Shown: in pieces, positions 13,770 through 25,328 of the stretch | Numbering within the stretch: the first letter of the stretch is position 1 | Layout of the letters: the number at the start of each line of letters is the position of its first letter | NCBI RefSeq assembly: GCF_036588685.1 | Contig: NC_086381.1 | Location: 3,596,001 to 3,660,000 of the forward strand | Length of the DNA: 64,000 bases | Origin: Mytilus trossulus | Taxonomy: Eukaryota | Direction of reading: 5' to 3' | Notes under the pieces: model-generated | Seen by the model: only the letters and a program-made list of their open reading frames with translations | The model's database searches: none | Told to the model about the DNA's origin: nothing | Made by a program: the position numbers and the translations under genes

Positions 13770-14499
13770 GCTTTTGGTGATGGAGATCTATTACGATAGG
13801 GAGAACTGTTTCTGGGTTTCTTGCAATCCCTACTAAAATGACCTTCTTCCCCGCAATTGTAGCAATTACCTCTTGCAGGACTATTGTACCTTCTTTGTGG
13901 CGAAAAAGCTCGATCTGTTCCTTGTGGTGACCTTGACCTGTATTTTTTCCTTCCAATAATTGACCAGGACTACTTTTTTCCTCTTTTTCGGCTATTACTT
14001 TTTCTACCTTAAGCACAGTTTCTTTCTGCTGTAGTTGATTTTCTTTGAATATTCATGTATATCTTTAATTTCATCATTCTGTGATTTAATCATTTATTTC
14101 ATTTGTTCAATTTGTTCCTCTTTCTGTTTTGCATAAATGTCTCTTTGTTGTTCAAAAGTAAGCCTCTGTTCTTCTATCTGTGCTTTACTCTGTTCAGAAA
14201 TTTTCTCAATTTTTGTTTGAAAAGTCTCTGCCATATCATCTCTCGACTTTTCTACCGACAAAATCTTATGACGTAATGACTCAATAGTGTTTTTTAGAAC
14301 CTCTTGACCTTCATCAGACTCCTCTGGGTGCAGTCCACAATGATTGGGGTGCTTCTGAAATCTCTTTAAGTTTATCTAAATTAAGTAATCCCTCTTCTTC
14401 TCTCTTTGCAATTATTGCTAAGGCTCTAGTTTCACCTATCCTTTTAATCGCTTTTAACTGCGTAAAGTTAGCTTTGTTTATATTTATCGGTTTCGCCAT
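13742..14499 (-). pseudogene. gag: gag pseudogene: N-terminal helix-hairpin-helix, coiled coil, CCHC zinc knuckle
   Basis: MAKPININKANFTQLKAIKRIGETRALAII (HhH_3/ComEA-like); E/K/Q-rich coil in a shifted frame; CYNCGEEGHFSRDC at 13864-13823; only ~750 bp, so the capsid region appears deleted. Confidence 0.8.
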
Positions 14500-14975
14500 T
14501 TTATTTTACGCAATGTTTATAATTATGCGATTTATTATTTACTAAATAACCGTGTAGCGGTTTGTCGCAATCTGTCAGTCACACTGACACAATTATATAA
14601 ATATGCAGTTTATCATTTACTGAATAACAAAATAGCGGATTGTCAGTAACACTGACACTGATTTATAACGATAAGATAATTGTTCAATGATTAGCCATAT
14701 TGCGGAGTGTCAGTAAAACTGACACCAGGAATTTTTCAAAATTTTCAAATATTATCAAAGTAGGTATTTCTATGAAAACAAATGGATGTAAGGGCAAACG
14801 GTTGTCAGAAATTCTGACATTAAATTTCCATGATTTTTATACTCATGAAATATGTAATGTTCTTTTCTGTAGGTACAATAACTATTTGTTTTCTTTGTTG
14901 TGATTTTTCAGTTTTGCCGCCAAAATGTCAGGAAACAATGAATGTCTCGAGTCGATTTAAAGTAAATTCAAACCG

Positions 14976-14988
14976 ACTTCTGACACCA
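14976..14988 (-). promoter_or_regulatory. Primer binding site complementary to the tRNA-Leu 3' end
   Basis: TGGTGTCAGAAGT one base inside the 5' LTR boundary; complements ACTTCTGACACCA of tRNA-Leu(CAA). Confidence 0.85.
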
Positions 14989-14989
14989 A

Positions 14990-15202
14990 TGTTGTAAAGG
15001 TGCAATAATTTGATATACCTTTCCTAATATAAGATGTCGTCTTGGTAGAATACCCTTATAGGGCAGGAATCCCAGGACTGGAGATCACCACAAGTGGGTC
15101 GTCTGAGCTCCGGATATATTCTGCGAGGTTCCGCAGTAAATACTAATTAAAGTTCCGGTAACAAATCTGGTTATGGCAATAACTTTCCGGACCTTTACTA
15201 CA
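14990..15202 (-). repeat. 5' LTR (213 bp)
   Basis: Direct repeat of 10101-10319, adjacent to the PBS. Confidence 0.95.
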
Positions 15203-18200
15203 TTATTGCTAAAAGTGTGTGTATATGGTTAACAGACCTTTTACCTTTTACCCTCGAAGATGTGTTTCTATATGAAGGAAACTAATAACCACGAAATATT
15301 TTTTTTCCATTATTCACTTTTACTGTATAGCTCTAGAAAGCATAACCTGTTAGGTAAAAGTGTCACTGACCTGCTTGAAATATACTAAATACCAAAAATA
15401 TATTTAACCAAAACGCTGTCATGAAAATATGTGTCATAAGTTTATTATTGTTGCATATACATGTGATTGTTAGACGATCAGGAAAAATAAACTTTTTATA
15501 GGTCAATCATTTGGAATTATATACCAAGTCATATGTAGATTAATTTTAAGTTGTATTTATTCTTTGGAACAAATTATAGAAAATCTAAACAGAGACGAAC
15601 AAGACCATAGGAAAAATAGAAACTCGTATGCTGATGAGAGATTGACAAAATCATGGCAAACCAAAACATCCAGAAAAATAACAAATAGACTAACAAAAGT
15701 TTGAAACATAGTGCATAAATTATAAAGATTTTGCCAAAGTGCAAAGCTGATTTAAGATGAATTTGGCTTAACTAATCTTTAATGTCAATGCTGGTCATAT
15801 TAGTTCTTCACGTGTGTAGGTATACTACCTGGGCTTTAAAAGGTTGGGATCCAGCATTTTTGATGAAGTTAAATCCACAAATGCGCTTCGGACGAACAAA
15901 AACCTTTAAAGTGTTATTTTCATTGTAAATTTGAGATTATTACCTGTAAATTAATTCTTGTTTCGTCTATATACTATATATGACGTCCATTATCACTGAA
16001 CTAGTATTTTCTTTTTGTTTGATGCTCAGCTAAAGCACGCCTCTTAGTGCGTTTTTTCTCGCTGCATTGAATACCGATTGGTGGCCTACGGCTTTTTTCC
16101 GCTCTTTGGTCGGGTTGTTGTCTCTTTGTCACATTCCCCTTTCCCTTCTCAATTCTATTGTTATCACATGTTTAAGAAAATTTGAGAATGAAGTAGGTTA
16201 ATCGGCGAATGCACACATGAAACAAATACTTCTACTCAATTTTGATTAATAGCATATACATATGATAAACAAAACAAATCTCTATAGTAAGCCACGTGAT
16301 ATTAAATGCACACCTGTTGTTATTATGAGTGTTTTCCCACTGATATGTAGGCCAACCGAATGTGGGGAAACCCCTTAGGTGACCATAACATATCCATCTT
16401 GGGATATTGATAAATTGTTTGTGGTAGGCAGAAAAAAGAGTTATTACATGAAGTCATTTATAATATATTTATTTCAAAGTCACGACTGTGGTTAACATAA
16501 TAAAAACATCTTGTTCTTAAAATCAGACACACAAAAAATTGAACTTATTCAAATTGTAATGAAAATCTAAAATCTAATTTCCCAATTCGATACAACAACA
16601 TGTATTTTTTTTTGTAATTTCTGACATGTTTTTCTGTCACTTTAAAATGCATTAATTTGGTTTCATACGAATTTCTTTATAAGAATGTATCAATTAAATC
16701 ATATTTTTATGTAAGCGATTGCAGTGTTTTTACACAATAAAAAGTTTAGGGGAAGTAGTTCGACATATCGATGTTTTGTTATATATGCAAAAAAGTAAAA
16801 ACACAAAAATACTGAACTCCGAGGAAAATTCAAAAAGAAAAGTTCCAAATCTAATGGGAAAATCAAAAGTTCAAACACATCAAACGAATGGATAACAACT
16901 GTCATATTCCTGACTTGATACAGACATGAACAGTTATCACAGACAAAAATAATTTCTAGTATGACTATGATAATTGTTTATATAAAATAGTTTGTAATGT
17001 TTGTATATCAATGCGTAGATTCAGTAACATAATATTCTACAGTAAGAACAGTTCTATAGCTTCCTCGTTCTCAAATATACCATTCCTAGAAATGTCTTCA
17101 AATTACATGAAATCTTGAGAATGAAAAGATAACATTTTTATAAATGACGCACTGCAATAAGAGCTTCGGAAAATTAAATTGCTGCCATTTCATTTACCAG
17201 ATGAAAATAAACTTTTTAAAATGGTGCGTACTAAACGCTTTTCTTGATTTAAAAATGTACCCAAAGGAACGGTCAAATCAAATATTTGAAAGCCATCCAT
17301 AAGAACAAACGCACAAAGAGCTATATGACTTGCTATATAACGATTACTATATAATAGTCAATGAAACAATTAGAAGATGTTGTGCTATTACATTGGCACG
17401 ACTCTGTTAAATCATGAAAATACTATAAGAAATTTAAAACTATGAAAAGTAGATAGTTGTTCTTCATTATCAAATTTATATAATAAAAGGACATGTGGGA
17501 TAAATGAGGCAGCAGACCGATGCACCTATCCCCATAACATCTGAAGTCGCCTATAATATTTTATCAATGATATTATATCTATAATCCATCCGGACAGAAT
17601 AATCACAATGTACGAACATGACTGTCTAATTATCTATGGAATTAGAAAAGATAAAGCTGATCTTCAAAAAAAAATATACTTATATGTAGTTTGATTTGTC
17701 ATTTTCTATATAATTTTCTAAATATTTAAATAGTAGTAGTTGAACGTTGTTAGTAATAGTTCAAAAGGATTAAATGCAGATATTTAGAGGTTAATTGGGA
17801 GATTAGCAGTTTAAAACTTACAGACATGAAACGCAGTTGGGAAAAGTGTTGCCATTTTATTAACGAAATTTCATGCAAGATGTCTAATTTACAGACATGG
17901 TAATTATTATTATTAACCTAGATAATGTTCTAATTTCATAATTTGTTTTGCCAATTCATTCAACTGAGAGGTAGTAGGACACACTGTACAATATATTTAC
18001 ATGGTGTCTCTTCTTTTTCCTTCTGCTGCTGCTGGCGATAATGATAATGAGTTGATGTAAAGTTTGCGAACTTTTAAAAGTCAAGGAATTTAATTATACT
18101 TTATGGGACAGCTGTTTATCGATTTGATATACACTATAACCATGAGTGGTGATTCTGGCTTCTCTGATGTCAGATTGAGGTTATTAAAATGAAAAAAAAA

Positions 18201-18314
18201 ACAAAAAAAAACCGTGCTGGTTCACATCCTATTATCAGTGGTCAGTATTGCTGATACAATTGGAAACGAATTCTGATGTACATTCTACCGCAAAGCGCAT
18301 GGCCAGTGTGTATT

Positions 18315-18510
18315 TAGTAGACCGTTGGTTTTCCCGTTTGAATGGTTTTACACTAGTAGTTTTGGGCCTTTTATAGCTTGTTGTTCGGTGTGAGCCAAGG
18401 TTCCGTGTTGAAGGCCGTACTTTAACCTATAATGGTTTACTTTTTAAATTGTTATTTGGATGGAGAGTTGTCTCATTGGCACTCACACCACATCTTCCTA
18501 TATCTATATA
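18315..18510 (-). mobile_element. Short interspersed repeat (family with GATGTGGT..GA.TGCCAATGAGACAACTCTCC)
   Basis: Near-identical inverted copy at 6278-6395; related copies near 3080-3145, 34070, 45375 and 63625-63755. Confidence 0.7.
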
Positions 18511-19648
18511 GCCAGCCGTTATCAATTTCTTCCAGAACTGCTTTAGCTGAGTCGGTAAAGTCGGCTGCTTTGAAACAAAGAGGTCACAGGATCAAAACCT
18601 TGACAGACAAGTTGTTCTGAATTGAGAATTATGCTATTCGATTACGCTTTTTTCAAATATCTTGAGAAGAATATCATGAGAATCATTGCATGATTAATTT
18701 CCTATTTCCTCCAATATGTACCATGTACTCTTAGCGACTCTTTCAAATATTATTGCTTTTTTTTTTACAAATTTCTCATAATATATATTTTCGGATGCGC
18801 TAAATTATTATTTGTCTGTTTAATCTATAAGCCAATGGTGCAACGTATAATACATCATTGTATTTCCAATGTTTAGGTTTGTAAGCAACTGGTAAATCGA
18901 GAAACGTCCATTCAGCGCATGCCATTTCTCAAAACGTTTATTTTGATGATTCTTTATCAGGAGATCAGAAGAATGCATTTATCATATGTAATTTAACTCT
19001 CTAAAATATAATAACGCTTGTAGACATATGATTTAACACTTGAACATGTGATCTGGAGATTGCGTAATGGTTTGTTTTTCAAACCTATTTTTTTCTATCC
19101 AAGTAACAATTTATAAACAGTAAACTATCATTGGTCAAGATACGGCCTCCCAACAAGACAACTATGCATACCAGAGAAAAAATTGACAATGATGTTAGCT
19201 CACAATGTAGGGAATGTAGGAACATTAACGGTACCATTTTTTCTGCACCAGATGCGCATTTCGACAATGCATGTCTCTTCAGTGATGCTCGTGGCCAAAA
19301 TATGTAAAATCCAAAGCTTATATAAAAGATAAAGAGCTATAATCCAAAAGTTCCAAAAATTATAGCCAAATCCATGAAAGGAATCAGAGCTTTGCATGAG
19401 GGAGATACATTCCTTAATTTATAATAATTTCTATTATTCCATATTGATAAAATTTGAGTAGGTTTTATTTTTATATGAATGTGATTTTGAATAAATAAGC
19501 ATATTCACCTGCGTAAAAAGGATATTCACCGCGCAAAACGTCGCGTGCTTTTACATGTTTAATTTTGGTAAAAAACGTTTGATCTACAATTGATTTTGGT
19601 AAATATTTTCCATAACATTCATTTTTCTTGGAATATGGAATAAAACAT

Positions 19649-19786
19649 TTACTGTCTTTTGTTTCGGTAAATATGTGGTTTAATTGACTTTTGAAAACTG
19701 ATATTCACTTCGGCCGTTGGCCTCAGTGAATATCAGTTTTTCAAAAGTCAATAAAACCACATATTTACCTCATCAAAAGACAGTAA
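19649..19786. repeat. ~138-bp near-perfect palindrome (foldback)
   Basis: ttactgtctttt..ggtaaatatgtggttt..ttgacttttgaaaactgatattcact..ggcc-gtt-ggcc..agtgaatatcagttttt caaaagtcaa..aaaccacatatttacc..aaaagacagtaa. Confidence 0.9.
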
Positions 19787-21653
19787 TTGTATAATATTTT
19801 GTAATTATTTTAGTAATTGAATTTTAGTATTTTCATGCTATTGGTTTCATTTCCTATACAATCTACTGAATTTTCATCAGATACATAAATGTATATAATA
19901 TTTTAGTGATAAATTTTAACATTGTCATAAAGCGGTATGTATTGCATGTCATTAAACCAGATTCTACCCACCATTCTTTCTAAATATTTCTTGTACTAAG
20001 TCAGGAATATGCAGTTATTATATAAAATTTCGCTTTTATGTTTGTTTTTTTTGGCGATTGTTTTTGTTTCACCTAGGTGTTCCTGTTGGTATTTTTAAAT
20101 GATGTGTTTCCATCGGTTTTGGTCCAAAGCCCGATTTGTTTTCTCTCAATCGATTTATGACTTTTGAACACCGGTATACTTCTGTTGCCTTAATTTCAAT
20201 TACAATTTAGGTAACGCATTGTCCATACTTCTTCATACTCCTATTCAATCCGATGAGCTTGCATTTAAGCAATGTCGTATTTAAATTGGTTTATCTCTCG
20301 CTGGCTATCATATGCCCGCATTACGGGTAGTTTCTGTAGCTGCGATTTCTCATGAAATAGCACTCAAAGCAATGCATACTTTTATTTCGTCTGGTGAGCT
20401 AACAATTTATAACATGCATGGATCATCTTTTTGTTTTGTGACAAGCTTTATGCTGTTTAACTCTACTAGTAAATATTTCACGATAAACAAAAGTATGAAC
20501 TCCATTATACCATAAAAATAATAAATGGGAAAAGCTTATGAATTATCCAATCAATAACATTACATTTTTGTATTCACACAGGATGATTAAAAAATTATGA
20601 TATTTCACAGACACACACCTATCTATTGCTGAAGACAGAAGTATTAAGTTTGATTGTGTATGGGATATTGTTTCTTTCATACTGTAAATTTAGAAATTAT
20701 TTCGATGTTTTTATTATTGCGAAAACTGCAACAGAATTATAATCGCAATAATTTAAATTTGCATTTTAGTACCTTTCATATTAATTAAATTTGGATTTTT
20801 GTTCAAATCACAAAAACAAAAATCAAACCTAAGTCCAAAATGACAACATCGCAATACTGAATACACGCATTCTAAATTTACAACATATACCGCACAATTT
20901 TTTTTATTCACATGTTGTTCTTATTCAACATCACGTTTCCTATTAAAAACTGAAAACACCACGTTTAATAATGCTATGCGTCTGACGCGCTTTTCTGGAT
21001 TTACCTTCACCAGGAACGCTCAAAGCCAAACATTTGAAATCCGAAGATGTATTAGTACCGAAACCGTTGACCGAAATATGATATATATACTTCAAATAAA
21101 CCGAATGACAAATAGTCTCACTCCTTCTATAATTAGCTTCGTGGAACAGTTCTAGAGAAAACAGGAGTGGCATTAAAGATTACTATACCATTCAATTTAC
21201 TTTGTTATACAAGACATGAGAAGACATAATTTATATATAAATGTAAGCTAAGACGACTATTTTAAAAAATTGTGGTAATTTCCCAGTTTTCTTTAAGGTT
21301 AATGAAAGGTCTTACAGAAAAACAATATATCATTATCCATTAAATACCTTGTGGGAGATGATCAGGTAAAAAACGTATTGGATCTTAACAAAATATACGT
21401 ACATTTATCATAAATATGTCATTATTTACATGCTAATTATAGATGAATTTGTACGGTAGTTATCCTCTGTCAAAACGATGATTGTCAATGATGATATCAC
21501 CTGACGTTTAAGATGCATTAACCAATGAAAAACGTCTATTGATTGAATTGAAATATTTCATTGTCATACTATACGATGGCGCGAAGATGACGATATAAAA
21601 CGAAAAAAAGTTGAAATAATTAACATTATCGTAAAGTTGTTTGGGAGATAACA

Positions 21654-24600
21654 ATGAAGACATCGGCTATTGTGACTCTTTTGTTGATTCATATATATCT
21701 AGCAAACGGTGAGTTGAATATTTTTAAAAGCAATCAATTATCAGGTATTCGTTTTTTTTTTTAATAAAATAAATCATTTATTGCACATTTCTCTGCTAAT
21801 TACAACTTACTCGACTCACAGCATTCAGTCGGGTATCCCTGTAAATTAGTTAAACAACCAGAGAGACTATACAATGAAATTAATATATATCAAATTTGAT
21901 TAGTTATACAGTTATAATATAGTAATAATATATAAATACATTGACAATTTTTTTTTTTACAGTTTCCTCATATTACGTAATTACGGAATTTTTACTATCT
22001 ATTGTCTGATATTGTTTATATATTTTATCAGGTATTCGTAACTATTTTCCCACTTTACGTGTAAGGCAATTTCTTATTATATATTTTAATAGTTATGTAG
22101 AAAAAGAGTTAAACAATAAACTGCATTAAGTCTGATAACGTTATTATATTTGAATTTCAAACAAAATAAGATTAAAAAAATATAAAAGATAGGTTTGGGA
22201 AACAAGCTTTTGTTTGGTTGATTTTAGTTGGATTATCTTTCCGCAATCCCCGAGTCTTTTCAGATCAGTACTTTGTGTCGTTTATTTTTTTATTAGTTGT
22301 GTTCATTTGTCAATCACTTCTATTCCGTTTTTTTTATATTATAAACGGGTAACACCGATGCATTTCTTAAATTTTGTTTTGTTTTACTAAATGTTAAAAT
22401 GAAACTGACATCATTCTTACAAGAATCTAAGCCTGGTATAATGAATTTATGTAAACTATGGAACTTTTCAAAGTCAATAACCCTTACCATAGTACAGCGC
22501 CAAATGATATACAAATATTTATACAACTACATACAAAGTATCATTAACTTAATATAGGTTTTCCTCTTAAACTGACTTATCCGCACTTTTTGTTTATCTC
22601 TCGAATAAATTTTCTCATATAATCAAAAACCTAAATATGGTAATATGTAAACGTCAATGAACCATGATGGAGGGGACTGATATATTAAGTCCATAATAAT
22701 GATAAAATTGAGAATAATAATGGTATATGTTTATGCTAGTCCAATAACACACCAACTAGCATTAGCTTATTGTAAGTGTTTCTTAACATTTTTATTTCCC
22801 CGTAAAATGATATAATTACAAACTTTAATATGTTAATAGCTTAAACATCAAACGTTTTAATGCCAAAGGAACATTATTGAGATTGCGTGGTCCAATATTT
22901 TTCTTTGAAATTACATGTGCCAAATATAAATGATTTTATCAACTCAATCACATGGTGGTTCAAAACCAGATAGATAAATCTAAACAAACACATATTTACA
23001 TACAGACACTTTCATTCATACTTTCACACAACTATCATACCGATTGAAATTGATTGATCACAACAACACTTTAATGTTGTATAAATAGTGTAACACAACT
23101 GCACATCTCCGCGACTTCAACGTGGCGAGAAAAACACCAAACACGACAGGTAGAACATTATTATAAGCTTACTAAACTTTATAAGTTAAAGCAGCATACA
23201 ATTCAGTCAGAAACTTATATCTTTATTAATCTTAATCTTTATTTTATTCATAAATTATTCAACTTTTAATGTATAATGATTTGAATGATTTAATACAAGT
23301 TTTAATATTTCTAACCTCAATATTTATTTAATTTCAGGACATTCGTATCGGTATGATAGAAACAAGAAAGTGTTCAGATCGAAAGTGAAGAAACGTCTCC
23401 TAGAAGATTTCTCACGTAAGAACCGTCTCCTGGAAGATTTCAAGAAGTCATCAGGTCCATGTCCACCTGTGGCATGTGAACAGGAATTTATTCCAGACGA
23501 ATGTCGGATGAAAACCTATTTTTATAAAAACGGTTACAAATGTCAAGGATGTGATAATAACAAATGTTCAAAGAGGGTTACAGATTTAAAACGTTTGGTC
23601 AAAAAAATACATTCAATAAAACAGAAAAATATTAGACCGATTCAACAAAAAACAGTCAAAGTTATTGAAGTCCATGCTGAAAAAGAGGAAAGAAGACCAT
23701 CTATCCGAGATAATTTTCCAGACATTTTAGTTCGAACGCCTTTTGATAATGTTCACCATACAGATAACTTTCCAGAATCGTCCGATCGATTGCATCCAGA
23801 CATCCGCAGCAATCTAGGTTCTTTATCTGATTCAGCTGTTCGGCTTCCCCAAGACAACATTCGAAGGCGAGGTTCTTTACCCGATTTGTCCGTTCGACTG
23901 CCCCCAAACAACATTGGAAGTCTAGGTTCCTTTTCTGATTCATCCATTCTAGTTTCCCCAGATATCTTACGAAATGAAGAATCTTTATTTGATAATTCAG
24001 TGCGGCTGCGCCCAGACAACGTTGTGAGTCGTGATCCTTCACCCGATTCATCAGTTCGATTGTTTCAAGATAACGTTGAACCCTTAAGTCCGTTTCCAGG
24101 CTCGTCAGTTCGGTTACCAGCAGACAGTGTCGGACCAAACGATACCCCAGTTGCTCCACCACCACGACCAGTTTCTCCGATTCCTGCTGCACAACCAGAT
24201 TCCCCGCTACCTGCAATTCTCCAAGACTTGCCGCCACCTGCTGCACGACCAGATTCTCCTCTACGTACAATATTACCAGACTTGCCTCCACCTGCTGCAC
24301 TACCAGTTTCACCGCCAGTTCAACCAATAATAACACCCGACGTTGGACAACAAACAAGAGATCCTCTATCTGTTCTCAATGCGCCTCCATCCGACAATGA
24401 ATTCGCCAACAGAGTAAGATTTGACAGCAGCAATGCAAACTTGTTACTACCACCAGTTGATACTGAAAATGTTCAGAATCCATTGATGAATCAAAATACA
24501 ATGCAGAATCCGTTTTTACAAAATATCCCAGCACCATTTCAAGGTCAACAAAATAATAATCCTTGGCCTCAAATTCCGGGGTTTATGCCTCAAAATTTAC

Positions 24601-25328
24601 AAGGTGGAGGTCAATCCCCTGAAATGCAATTAGTTCAAAATCAGCAGATATTGGACCAACTCAGAGGACAACAAGCTGCATTAGAATTTCAAATACAACA
24701 ATTAAGAGGTCAGCAGCAGGTTCCAGCATTTGGACAATTCCCTATGCCTCAGTTTCCTACTGGTGGAATACCACAGACTCAACAAGGTTTTCCTAATAAT
24801 GGAATTCCTCCAAATTTTCAAGGTTTTCCAGCCAATGGAGTAAATACAAATCTACAGGGACAAGGATTCCCGGGTTTTGTACCACAAGGATTCCAAGGTT
24901 TTGGACAAAACACAAACCCGTTTATGACTGGAATGCAACAACCAGTTTCAAACCAAAATTTAGGACCTAACCCAAATGGTCAAGTTTCTCAGTTCCTGAA
25001 CCAGTTGCCTCCTGTTCCAGGCATTAATTCTAACTTTCAAGGTCAAGTACCTTTGAATGGAAACTTTCAAGGGCAAGTGCCTTTAAATGGAAATTTTCCA
25101 GGTCAACCGCCTTTAAATGGAAATTTTCCAGGTCAAGCGCCTTTAAATGGAAACTTTCCAGGACCTGCGTTAACCGCCTCAAACCCATGGGCATCTGTTC
25201 AAGGATTTGCGAATCAAGGCCAAAGTAATGTTCAAACATCAAATACAGGTGGTTTTGTTGATCCCGTAACAAACCAAGCTTTACCGGCAAGCTCTAACAG
25301 TTTTCATGGTCCCATTGCTCAACAGTAA
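21654..25328 (+). CDS. Gene A: secreted 6-Cys-module protein with long Ser/Asp/Pro and Gln/Asn/Gly/Phe/Pro repeat tail, 681 aa; exons 21654-21708 and 23338-25328
   Basis: TATAAAA at 21594; exon 1 MKTSAIVTLLLIHIYLAN-G then GTGAGT donor; tttcag acceptor at 23337 gives phase-1 in-frame splicing into the 652-aa ORF; AATAAA at 25431. Confidence 0.88.

Larger units (their letters stand above)
10101..15202 (-). mobile_element. Ty3/Gypsy LTR retrotransposon, internally deleted and frameshifted, carrying HhH-Gag and a TatD remnant
   Basis: Two LTRs (10101-10319, 14990-15202) with TG...CA ends; PBS; PPT; gag zinc knuckle; domain order protease-RT-RNase H; imperfect 4-bp TSD gtat/ttat. Confidence 0.95.

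Noticed and set aside
14314-14499. Bacterial comEA/tatD contamination or a bacterial insert
   Set aside because: Both segments lie between matched LTRs, colinear with gag and pol and similar in base composition.
23701-24357. 218-aa minus-strand ORF and other antisense ORFs over genes A-D and the GPCR
   Set aside because: Shadows of repetitive or codon-biased sense genes, with no independent motifs.
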